Part shown: piece after piece, positions 44,231-52,323 of the stretch
Layout of the letters: each line of letters opens with the position of its first letter
How positions within the stretch are numbered: position 1 is the stretch's first letter
Source: a virus
Taxonomy: Duplodnaviria; Caudoviricetes
IMG/VR virus record: IMGVR_UViG_2773857716_000001
Span: 1 to 64,000 of that record
DNA: 64,000 bases
Direction: 5' to 3' (one strand)
Translations under genes and position numbers: made by a program
Notes under the pieces: model-generated
What the model was told of the DNA's origin: nothing
Database searches by the model: none
The model's input: the letters and a program-made list of their open reading frames with translations, nothing else

Positions 44231-44258
44231 TAACAGCGATTCTCCATAATCGCTGTTA
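44231..44258. other. Putative tyrosine recombinase recombination site (11-6-11, dif-like architecture)
   Basis: TAACAGCGATT-CTCCAT-AATCGCTGTTA: perfect 11-bp arms with an asymmetric 6-bp spacer. Confidence 0.7.
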
Positions 44259-44296
44259 TGGAATCCCCGGATACGGAGGACGTGTCCGAATCTTCG

Positions 44297-44548
44297 TCAG
44301 GAGCGATTCTCCGCCGAGGCGTTCCAAGCGGCACCGGCGCGAGCTTCCGCCCGAGCCGCACTCCGCGCGTTGCAGCCATAGCACCCTAGGGCAGCGAAAG
44401 CCGGCAGCCCCTCGGGATCAGGGTTGGCCGCCGCCTTGGTGAAAGGGAGGTACCAGCCGTCCGGGGTGCCGCACTCCTTGCACCACCTCTGCTGCAACTG
44501 CCCTGGCACGTATCCGTCAATGGTCACCGGCAGGCGCTGTTCTCTCAT
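44297..44548 (-). CDS. Small zinc-ribbon protein
   Basis: WCKECG...GCYGC. Confidence 0.5.
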   Translation of the reverse strand: MREQRLPVTIDGYVPGQLQQRWCKECGTPDGWYLPFTKAAANPDPEGLPAFAALGCYGCNARSAARAEARAGAAWNASAENRS

Positions 44549-44614
44549 GAGACGGAGCGTACGGGGGAGGCAGTGTCTGCCGTGGAAGGCAATGCTAGCT
44601 ACGGGTCAGGAACA

Positions 44615-44842
44615 TTAACCGGAGCCAGACGGATCGGTGCCCCAGTGAGCGACCTCTTCGGGCGGGACCACGCGATGGTCGGCTTCCTCCAGGTGCACCC
44701 AGCCCCACGGCGCCCAGTCGGACGGCTCACCGGGCTCGGCGTTGTCGATGCTCAGGAACTCCGCATCCTTGAAGCAGGCTTGGCATCTGAAGACGTCGAC
44801 CCACTCCAAGTCACCTATCGGCTCATTCGGCTTGAAGGGCAT
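44615..44842 (-). CDS. Small acidic hypothetical protein
   Basis: CQAC, WVH; 75 aa. Confidence 0.5.
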   Translation of the reverse strand: MPFKPNEPIGDLEWVDVFRCQACFKDAEFLSIDNAEPGEPSDWAPWGWVHLEEADHRVVPPEEVAHWGTDPSGSG

Positions 44843-45327
44843 ATGTGAGCTTATCGGGAATCAGAGGCAAGATCAGGTAGGTGTTCCCCCCGACAAGAAG
44901 CCGGCGAAGGCTTCAGGACCTCCCACTCACCCGACGCCCCAAGCACCAACCCGCGATCACAGCCGGCGCACCGGGCGAACCGCACAGGAACGCAATCGAT
45001 GTCAGCAACTGGCTGATGGGCGAAGCAGGTTCCGGCACGCCGGATCTGCACAGCCATCGCGGCAGCCGAACCAGCAGGCGGAGCGATACCGAGGAGAAGG
45101 TGCTCAAGGACAGTGACGAGTGTTCGGCTGGGACGCGGCACGGATGCTCCTCTTCGACGGCCGGGATATCAGGAGAGTATCTGGGGCGAGGCGAGTTGGT
45201 GTCCCGACACCGCCAACCGGAGGCGCACTGCCGTTTCTTCGCCTGGATCGATCCTAAGCTCGGCGGTCGTTGGCGCCAGATCGCCATCTAGCCTCCCCAC
45301 GTCGAACTGAATCCTTGGATTGAACCC

Positions 45328-45355
45328 TTGACATACATCTTTGCCTTGGTACCTT
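45328..45355 (+). promoter_or_regulatory. Sigma70/HrdB-type promoter
   Basis: TTGACA-N16-TACCTT with flanking CCTTGR direct repeats. Confidence 0.55.
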
Positions 45356-45389
45356 GGGTGTACGAGATAGGCAGACCGAAGGAGCAGTC

Positions 45390-45533
45390 ATGAAGGTGTA
45401 CACGCTCGTCATGCAGATCGAGACCGAGGATGACGACCAGCTCTCCGCCAAGGACGTCAAGGCGATGGTCTACGACGCCGGGAGCGACCTCCCGTTCGGC
45501 TTCGAGATCACGAAGGTCGAAGAGGCGAACTGA
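45390..45533 (+). CDS. 47-aa acidic protein (below ORF-track cutoff)
   Basis: AAGGAG RBS; MKVYTLVMQIETEDDDQLSAKDVKAMVYDAGSDLPFGFEITKVEEAN*. Confidence 0.65.
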   Translation: MKVYTLVMQIETEDDDQLSAKDVKAMVYDAGSDLPFGFEITKVEEAN

Positions 45534-45536
45534 CCG

Positions 45537-45845
45537 ATGAGCGGCAAGAAGCCCCGCCTGATCCCCACCGGCAACTGCTGGTGCGGCTGCGGCAAAGAAG
45601 TCGGCCTCGGCAAGTTCTTCGCCGCCGGCCACGACAAGGCCGCCGAATCCGCCCTCATCGCCCTCAAATACGGCGGCTCCGTACCCGAGTTCCTCCACGC
45701 CCACGGCTACGGCCCCCAGCACTCCGTCAGCCACGCCGCCGTCGAAGCGGGAGCCTGGACGACGTGCGCGCACTGCGACTACATGGGAGCCCCGGCCAGC
45801 GTCCGCAACCACACCCGCAAGAACCACCCCGACAAGGAGAACTGA
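45537..45845 (+). CDS. Zinc-binding hypothetical protein
   Basis: CWCGCG...FAAGHD and C-terminal CAHC...H....H. Confidence 0.75.
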   Translation: MSGKKPRLIPTGNCWCGCGKEVGLGKFFAAGHDKAAESALIALKYGGSVPEFLHAHGYGPQHSVSHAAVEAGAWTTCAHCDYMGAPASVRNHTRKNHPDKEN

Positions 45846-45847
45846 CC

Positions 45848-45998
45848 ATGCCCGAGCAGCGCCGCTACGACGTCGACTGGACCGACGAGAACAACCCGCA
45901 GATCGTCCACGCCCAGCCCGGCGACGACGCCATGACACTGACCGAGGCCCCAGCAGGCCATCAACGACGAGTTGGCCGACCGCACCACCGAGCAGTGA
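45848..45998 (+). pseudogene. Small gene with an apparent +1 frameshift at a C4 run (45948-45951)
   Basis: Removing one C gives the GC3-rich frame ...EAQQAINDELADRTTEQ*. Confidence 0.45.
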
Positions 45999-46009
45999 GG
46001 ACACCGACC

Positions 46010-46408
46010 ATGGTGATCACCAGCACGTCGGTCTGGCGCGTGCAGCGGTTCGACCAGACGCTGAACACGTACTCCAACCTCGACGCCGCCAAGGCGCACG
46101 GCGAGCACGTCATCCACGCCCACTACCAGGACGTGATGACCCGCCGTCGGGTCCCCACCGAACACCGCGTCATTGACTGGCGCATCTGGTGCTGCGGTCA
46201 CCTGTACGGACCCGGGAACTTCAACCACACTGCGTACCCCGAGACGCATGCAGAAGGATGCTGGCGTCCGACGTCGGAGATGCTGGGCTTGCGCCCCTTC
46301 TGGGCCGCCAGTGGGACATCGGCTGGTACCGGCCACACCAGCACCGCCTGGGAGATCTGGCAGGTACTGGCCCATGACCGGTTCGATCCCGGCACAGTGC
46401 TCGTATAG
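46010..46408 (+). CDS. Hypothetical protein
   Basis: GAGGA RBS before MVITSTS. Confidence 0.55.
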   Translation: MVITSTSVWRVQRFDQTLNTYSNLDAAKAHGEHVIHAHYQDVMTRRRVPTEHRVIDWRIWCCGHLYGPGNFNHTAYPETHAEGCWRPTSEMLGLRPFWAASGTSAGTGHTSTAWEIWQVLAHDRFDPGTVLV

Positions 46409-46484
46409 GGCCGCCGCACCAACCGACAAAGTAGCCATGCCCTCCCGGGTCTAGCGGGAGGGCATCTGCCGTACAGGGCAGATC

Positions 46485-46525
46485 ACGAAGGCCCCCGCGC
46501 CAGCCAGGCGTTGGGGCCTTCCGTG
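46485..46525. terminator. Bidirectional terminator between convergent operons
   Basis: GAAGGCCCC...GGGGCCTTC stem. Confidence 0.6.
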
Positions 46526-46585
46526 TTGCGTGCGGGCCGCAAAGCGGCAGGTCAGGAGGTGAAGCAAGCGGAAGCGCTTAGTCCT

Positions 46586-46612
46586 GTTATTTACTTCCCA
46601 AAACTATAGGAC
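46586..46612 (-). repeat. 27-bp inverted repeat, right copy
   Basis: GTTATTTACTTCCCAAAACTATAGGAC, the reverse complement of 32329-32355. Confidence 0.92.
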
Positions 46613-46617
46613 ACCGG

Positions 46618-48561
46618 TCACGGGGCCAGAACCTCCCGCCACGCAGCCACAATCCGCCGCGACAGATACACATGGCCCGCATCCGTCGGATGCACGTTGT
46701 CGCCACCCACGTAGGACGCTGCGTTCCCCGACGTGATCCACGCCCCCTGCGTCGTGATCAACGTGCCCGTCGCGTCGTACACGCTGCCCGTGATCGGCGA
46801 CACGAACGGGAACCCCGCCGCGGCCGCCTGCGTCCGCAACGTCGCGTCCGTGTTAGTGATCGACCCAGCCGGACTCGCCGTCGGCGCCCAACACCCAATC
46901 ACCAGCACCTGGCACGCGGGCAGACCGCTCTTCACCGCGGAGAACAGCGACGCTGCCGCAGTGCCGATCGACGACTGGCTGCCCGTGTTGTCGTTGTACC
47001 CACCCCAGATCACCAGGCGCGTCGGGGCCCACGCCACCACGTCCGCGGCCACACGATCCCCGAACGTCGCATACGAGCCGGGCGTGATGTAGCCGGTCCC
47101 GCCCCTCCCCTGCTCCCACGCATCCGTCGCGCCCAGCAGCCGGGCCGCCCGTGCGAACCACGTGCCCGCGCCCGCCCCGGTGTTCTGCGCCGAGCCGTCG
47201 CTGATGGAGTCGCCGAGGACCATCAGCCGGCCCCCCTGCAGCGGCACCCTCCACATCGTCGCCGACGGAGGCAGGTACACCCCGCCGAACGGCATCGTGT
47301 AGAAGTCCAGGCGGACCCTGCGCGGCGCAGCGCTACCAAGGTCGACGGTGAGCATGTGCCCGGAGCCCGCCGTCGTCCCGCCACTGGACTGCATCAGGTC
47401 GGTAACCTTCCGACCATCGATCGACAGCCGGTACATCGTCGAGCTGGAGATGTACTTGAACCGCAGCTGGAAGACCTGGGCGTCCGTCCCGAACTCCACC
47501 GACCAGATTCCTTGGCCGCTGCTGTAGGTGTTCGGGTACTTGCTGGTCGGGAGGACGTAGTTGGTGTCGGGGCTGGACGCGCCGATCGCGAAGTTGCCCG
47601 CGCCCGCGTAGGCGTACGGGCCGGTCACGTCCGAGCCGGACAGGGCCACCAGCGGAGGCGCGTACTTGATGTAGCCGGTGGTCGGCGTCGTCGTCTGCGC
47701 GGTGCTGATGGTCGGGGCGCTGCCGGTGTACAGGCTGTCGGCCACCACCGGGTCCGGCAGGTCGCGGCGGCGCCACAGTGTGGCCGGGTCGCCCGGATCG
47801 CCCTTGTCGCCCTTCGGGCCTGTCGCCCCGGTCGGCCCGGTTGCTCCCGTCGGGCCCGTACTGCCCGTCGCACCCTGGGGCCCTGCAGGGCCGACGTCGC
47901 CTTGGTCACCCTTGGGGCCCTGGGCGCCAGCGGCTCCCGCTGGCCCTGCAGGACCGGTGTCTCCGGTGTCGCCCTTCGGCCCGGCAGGACCCGTCGCGCC
48001 GGTGGCCCCCTGCAGGCCGGTTGCTCCCGCGGGGCCCGGATCGCCCTGGGGGCCGGCATCCCCTGTTGCTCCCGGCTCGCCCTGCAGGCCCTGCTCGCCT
48101 TGCGGTCCCTGTGCCCCTGTGGCGCCGGTCGGCCCGGCGGGGCCCGTGGCTCCCGTCGGGCCGACCTCGCCCTGCGGGCCCTCGGGGCCCGGCACGTACA
48201 CGATCGTCCCCGCGCCCAACGGCGCGCCCGACAGCGCGATCCGCACGTCGCCGAGCCACCACGGCTCGTCGGACTCCGGCACCACCACGTACGTCGTGTT
48301 CGGGGTGCCATCCAGTGCCCGGCCCTCGGTTATCGCCCAGGCCGTGTCGCCAGCATCCGCGGTGATCTGCGCGTTCGGCGTCAGGTCCAGCTCCCACAGC
48401 CCATCCTCGTCGGGGGTGGCCGTGTCCTGCCCTGTGACCTCCCCCTGCGCGGTGGCGACGTATCCGACGGCCCTCTCCCCCGCCAGGTCGACGAGGACCG
48501 CGGTGATCTGCACCCGCGTCGGGTCCGGTAGATCGAGGAGCTTGCCCCGAACGATGGTCAT
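46618..48561 (-). CDS. Collagen-like repeat protein with C-terminal SGNH/GDSL hydrolase (virion appendage/esterase)
   Basis: Long G-X-Y tract; LGDSI, GGTGY, GGYND, DNVHP blocks. Confidence 0.87.
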   Translation of the reverse strand: MTIVRGKLLDLPDPTRVQITAVLVDLAGERAVGYVATAQGEVTGQDTATPDEDGLWELDLTPNAQITADAGDTAWAITEGRALDGTPNTTYVVVPESDEPWWLGDVRIALSGAPLGAGTIVYVPGPEGPQGEVGPTGATGPAGPTGATGAQGPQGEQGLQGEPGATGDAGPQGDPGPAGATGLQGATGATGPAGPKGDTGDTGPAGPAGAAGAQGPKGDQGDVGPAGPQGATGSTGPTGATGPTGATGPKGDKGDPGDPATLWRRRDLPDPVVADSLYTGSAPTISTAQTTTPTTGYIKYAPPLVALSGSDVTGPYAYAGAGNFAIGASSPDTNYVLPTSKYPNTYSSGQGIWSVEFGTDAQVFQLRFKYISSSTMYRLSIDGRKVTDLMQSSGGTTAGSGHMLTVDLGSAAPRRVRLDFYTMPFGGVYLPPSATMWRVPLQGGRLMVLGDSISDGSAQNTGAGAGTWFARAARLLGATDAWEQGRGGTGYITPGSYATFGDRVAADVVAWAPTRLVIWGGYNDNTGSQSSIGTAAASLFSAVKSGLPACQVLVIGCWAPTASPAGSITNTDATLRTQAAAAGFPFVSPITGSVYDATGTLITTQGAWITSGNAASYVGGDNVHPTDAGHVYLSRRIVAAWREVLAP

Positions 48562-48573
48562 CGCATTCTCCTG

Positions 48574-49251
48574 TCAGTACCTTCTACGATCCGGCGCCAA
48601 GCCGAGCAGCCTGTCGCCCGCGCCCTTGTTGGTCGGGGTGGGTTCCGGCGTCGGGTCAGGCGCGCCATCTCGGCGGCACACCAGCGCGTCCGGGTCGTAG
48701 CTGGGCACTTGCGGTGAATAGCCGTCCGGGCACGAAGCCCCTGCCTCGCCCGGATCGCCCTTTTCGCCTTTCTCGCCGCGCTCCCCCTGTGGGCCGGCTG
48801 GCCCTGGAGGTCCTGTCGGGCCGGGTGCCCCATCGGATCCGTCGGCGCCCTTCGCTCCGTCCGAGCCATCTGATCCATCCACGCCTGCGGGGCCTGGGGG
48901 CCCGTCGGATCCGTCGCTGCCAGGAGGTCCCGTGGCGCCTGGCCGCCCGTCCTGGCCATCCGTCCCGTCATCACCCGCCTTGCCAGGGCGCCCGCTTGGC
49001 CCGGGTGGGCCCGAGGGGCCGATGTCTCCCGGTCCTCCCCGTGACCCTGGTGGGCCCGCAACCGGCGTAGCTCCCAGTGCCTGCACCTGAGCGGCCAGTT
49101 GATCCCGGGCCTGATTCGCCGCCGTCAACTGACGGGACAAGACCAGAAATCCCGTCACTATGGCGGCCAGCGCAACGGCGGCGGCTATCGCTCCAGCCGC
49201 CGCCAGGTAGTCGCCTCGGCGCCGCTCCTTGCGTGCCTGTGCCCGGCTCAT
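48574..49251 (-). CDS. Membrane-anchored collagen-like protein (lysis-cassette associated)
   Basis: TM helix, coiled coil, G-X-Y repeats, CPDGY...LVC. Confidence 0.8.
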   Translation of the reverse strand: MSRAQARKERRRGDYLAAAGAIAAAVALAAIVTGFLVLSRQLTAANQARDQLAAQVQALGATPVAGPPGSRGGPGDIGPSGPPGPSGRPGKAGDDGTDGQDGRPGATGPPGSDGSDGPPGPAGVDGSDGSDGAKGADGSDGAPGPTGPPGPAGPQGERGEKGEKGDPGEAGASCPDGYSPQVPSYDPDALVCRRDGAPDPTPEPTPTNKGAGDRLLGLAPDRRRY

Positions 49252-49562
49252 GCTCCGGCTCCTCGCAGCATCATGATCAGTGGGAGCACGATGCCGATCA
49301 GGGGGATGATGACAGAAGCGACCATCCACCGGCGGGTCTGCGTGACCCGCTCAGCGTCCTGACTCCGCTGCGCCGCAAGGCCTTCGACGTCCTTGGCCAG
49401 GTCGGCGATCTCTTTGACCAGCCCGGCCTTTTCGACCGTGTAGACGTCGGTGGAAACCATGCGGTCCAGCCGGGCGTTGATCTGCGCCATGTCATCGCGG
49501 ATATCACCCCGAAGGGCCTGGATGAGCCGCCCCAGCTCTCCCAGAGACGGCTCATCGGCCAT
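49248..49562 (-). CDS. Coiled-coil membrane protein (lysis cassette)
   Basis: EPSLGELGR..., C-terminal TM helix. Confidence 0.75.
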   Translation of the reverse strand: MADEPSLGELGRLIQALRGDIRDDMAQINARLDRMVSTDVYTVEKAGLVKEIADLAKDVEGLAAQRSQDAERVTQTRRWMVASVIIPLIGIVLPLIMMLRGAGA

Positions 49563-49590
49563 GTCGTGCTCCGAAGGGTGTGTAAGTGGG

Positions 49591-49953
49591 TCAGGAGACC
49601 GGGGTGACAGGCCGCTTGAGGGCGGCAGCGGATACCGGCGCGGTCACCTGGGTGCGGTCCCACATCGCGACGACGGCGGCCGCAACGGACAGGACGACGG
49701 CCTGCTTCTCAGCGGACCAGTCGAGTCCGAAGCCCACAGCGAGGGCGACGACTGCCTGGACGAAGCCGAGGAGTGCGGCGCCCAGCCCGTCGTGCACCGT
49801 GTACGCGACGGCGACGCCGACAGCTGCTGCGGCGACCGCGTTGACGACGGCCTGCTGTTCAGAGGACACATCCATGCCGAACGCGGCGAGCATCTTGACT
49901 AGGACAGCCACCAGCGTGAGAAGCGCCGCTGGCTCTCTTCCGAAGATCTTCAT
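49591..49953 (-). CDS. Holin
   Basis: MKIFGREPA, four TM segments, RTQVTAP; directly downstream of the endolysin. Confidence 0.8.
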   Translation of the reverse strand: MKIFGREPAALLTLVAVLVKMLAAFGMDVSSEQQAVVNAVAAAAVGVAVAYTVHDGLGAALLGFVQAVVALAVGFGLDWSAEKQAVVLSVAAAVVAMWDRTQVTAPVSAAALKRPVTPVS

Positions 49954-49990
49954 GAGGGTTCCTTTGCGAGGAGGATGGGTCGTGCAGGGT

Positions 49991-50977
49991 TCAGACGTTC
50001 GGGATGTGGAGCTTGTCCCAGCTGGCCTTTCCGGGCGGCCACTTGGCGGCGGCCCCGCTGTAGCCACATTTCCGCTGCCAGGCCTCGTAGGAGGCGATGT
50101 CGCCGGAGCCGATGACGTCGGTGTTCTTGCTGGACTTGTAGTGGTTGCAGCCCATGGCGACGAGGCGCTTGTGCATCGCGGCGACGATCGGGGACTTCCG
50201 GCCGAGCTTGAACCAGGAGGCGCCGGGGAACGGCTCGTACGTGGGCTTCGGGGTCGGCTTGGTTGGCTTGGAGGACTCCCCGCCGGCCCACTCACGCAGC
50301 GCGGACGCGGACAGGTAGCAGATGGAGCGGTCCATGGGCTGGCTGGTGAACTGCCAGATCATCGGCGACCAGCCGGACGGCTTCGGCTTCGCAGCGGCCT
50401 CCGCCTTGGAGTACGCAGCCGCGCCCCACGGGTACGCCGGGTACCACAGCGGCGTTCCGGCCGGGATGTGCCCGTTCTTCAGGTCATCCGCGGACGTGTA
50501 GACGCCGACACGCTGCCCAGGAAACGCGGTCTGCACCAGGGACAGCCAGGTCTGCACCCACGTCTTGATCTGCGCCGCGGTCTTCCCGCGGTAGTTGCGG
50601 CCGTCGGAGTAGCGCTCCAAGTCCAGCCAGTGCGTGAAGCCCTTTCCCGCGTACGGCTTGACCGCGGCTATATAGTTCGCGGCCTCCAGCTTCGGGTCCT
50701 GATTGGGCCACGCGAAGTGATACCCACCCGGCACCAGGCCCGCGGCCTTGATGCCCTTGATGTGCGTGGCGAACCGCGCGTCGCGGCCCTTCTGTCCCTC
50801 GGAAGCCTTGGCGAAGGCGAAGGCGATCCCGTCCGCCTTGAGGGCGGTCCAGTTCTGGGTGCCCTGGTAGGCGGAGACGTCGATTCCTCTACAGGTGGCC
50901 ATCATCTGTCCTTGGTGCTGGGCGGAAAGAGGGACGTACGTCTCTCCGGGTGTGAAGGTGACGCCGTGTCCGGTCAT
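49991..50977 (-). CDS. Endolysin, GH25 muramidase plus peptidoglycan-binding domain (start may be 50902/50905)
   Basis: GIDVSAYQG, AKASEG, GGYHFA, LDLE, IWQFTS. Confidence 0.92.
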   Translation of the reverse strand: MTGHGVTFTPGETYVPLSAQHQGQMMATCRGIDVSAYQGTQNWTALKADGIAFAFAKASEGQKGRDARFATHIKGIKAAGLVPGGYHFAWPNQDPKLEAANYIAAVKPYAGKGFTHWLDLERYSDGRNYRGKTAAQIKTWVQTWLSLVQTAFPGQRVGVYTSADDLKNGHIPAGTPLWYPAYPWGAAAYSKAEAAAKPKPSGWSPMIWQFTSQPMDRSICYLSASALREWAGGESSKPTKPTPKPTYEPFPGASWFKLGRKSPIVAAMHKRLVAMGCNHYKSSKNTDVIGSGDIASYEAWQRKCGYSGAAAKWPPGKASWDKLHIPNV

Positions 50978-51357
50978 CGCGGGCTTACTCGGGGAACCCG
51001 GAGCGCCCGCCAGGCGACCTCGTCTGGGATGCCGGAGACGTCGCCGCCCTCCTTGGGGCGCAGCGTGTGCTGGTGGGCGGCGAAGGCCCGCTTGTGGGCG
51101 TTCGTCCAGTCCTGGCCGAGGCGGACGCCTTCGGGGGCGTGGCCTTCCTGCTCGAGGCGGCGGCCCATCGCACCGACGATTTCGCTGCTGCGGCCGCCGT
51201 GGAAGAAGGCGGATCCGGGGAACGGCTCGTACAGGTCGTCGTTGTCCGCGTCCGGCTCGGTGGCCTGGGGCTGCTCGGGCTCCGGTGCTTCTTCTGGGGC
51301 TTCAGCTGTGTCCGTGGCGGTGTGTTCTTCGTCGGGCTCGTGCTTTGCGCGCGGCAT
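50974..51357 (-). CDS. Stand-alone peptidoglycan-binding domain protein with acidic N-terminus
   Basis: YEPFPGSAFFHGGRSSEIVGAMGRRL parallels the endolysin C-terminus YEPFPGASWFKLGRKSPIVAAMHKRL. Confidence 0.75.
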   Translation of the reverse strand: MPRAKHEPDEEHTATDTAEAPEEAPEPEQPQATEPDADNDDLYEPFPGSAFFHGGRSSEIVGAMGRRLEQEGHAPEGVRLGQDWTNAHKRAFAAHQHTLRPKEGGDVSGIPDEVAWRALRVPRVSPR

Positions 51358-52178
51358 CACTGGCTCCTGGAGTCGAGGCGCGGCTGGATGAGGTCGATTT
51401 CGGAGCGAAGGGCCTGGTAGACGGCCAGGGACATGCGGAAGGAACCGTTGTCGCCCCAGGACCCCCAGGAATTTCTGACGCGGAGGACGGTGTGCTCGTA
51501 GGCGATGTCGCCCTCGACCTCGGCGACGGACTCGATGGCGGTGATGCAGACCTCGTGACCGCCAGCGACCGGGGAGTCCTGCCAGTGAGGGATCTCGTCC
51601 AGCAGCGCGAGGGAGGAGACCGGTTCGAAAAACGCCTGATGCCAGGGCATGCCCATCAGGACCGGGCCGGTCTGGAGCAGTGCACACAGCTCTTCTGCGG
51701 TCTTGGCGTGGCCGTACTGGTCGATGAGCCCGCGTCGGCGGAGTGCCTTGGCGACGCCGAGGCCGGAGGATCCGCAGTCATCCGAGGGCCAGGTGTAGTC
51801 GAGCCACTGGTCGGCCTTGGTGGCGTCGGCGTATAGCTGGATGGCGAAGCGCTCGGCGGCGACGGCGTCGGTGGTGTCCAGGCCTGCCTTGGCGCATGCG
51901 TCGTGGCTGAGGAGGACGGACAGGCAGGCGGTGGCAGCATTGGCGGTGCAGCTGCCGAGCGCGTCCACGTCCTGGACCCCGTCGAACATCTGTGAGGTGT
52001 GGATGCGCTGCGCGAGGAGATTCTGTTGGTCGAGCACGGGAACCCGAGGTGCCCACTCCACTGTGCGGATAGTCGCGCCGGCGTACGGGCGGCGGTAGGC
52101 AAGGCTGCGGGGGTCCAGCACGCGGTGCCGGCCCAATGAGCCGGTTACGTCGTACTGGGTGATGTCGAGGTCGGGCAA
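51357..52178 (-). CDS. Papain-like (C1) cysteine peptidase
   Basis: LDQ...LGSCTANA (Cys), GGHEV (His), VRNSWGSWGDNG (Asn). Confidence 0.85.
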   Translation of the reverse strand: MPDLDITQYDVTGSLGRHRVLDPRSLAYRRPYAGATIRTVEWAPRVPVLDQQNLLAQRIHTSQMFDGVQDVDALGSCTANAATACLSVLLSHDACAKAGLDTTDAVAAERFAIQLYADATKADQWLDYTWPSDDCGSSGLGVAKALRRRGLIDQYGHAKTAEELCALLQTGPVLMGMPWHQAFFEPVSSLALLDEIPHWQDSPVAGGHEVCITAIESVAEVEGDIAYEHTVLRVRNSWGSWGDNGSFRMSLAVYQALRSEIDLIQPRLDSRSQ

Positions 52179-52284
52179 TGCCCCGAGCTCCTGCACTCCC
52201 CGCGCCTGAGCTGATGTGGTGTCTGACTGGGCGCCACGGGCGCGGTCAGTCCCTCGGGGTGCGGCGGAGGGTCGCCTACAGATG

Positions 52285-52314
52285 AGAGTACGGGCGATCA
52301 GCCCCGGCATTGCC
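52285..52314 (-). promoter_or_regulatory. Putative promoter GGCAAT-N18-TACTCT for the lysis cassette
   Basis: Same -35 and spacing as 2008 and 9749; intergenic upstream of the peptidase. Confidence 0.45.
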
Positions 52315-52323
52315 CCTGATGTG

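Noticed and set aside
44851-45291. Overlapping ORFs in a lower-GC patch
   Set aside because: No frame has convincing codon bias, RBS or motifs; cannot choose a gene.
47800-49070. Periodic GC-rich repeats resembling an array
   Set aside because: Explained by G-X-Y collagen codons; no repeat-spacer structure, so not CRISPR.
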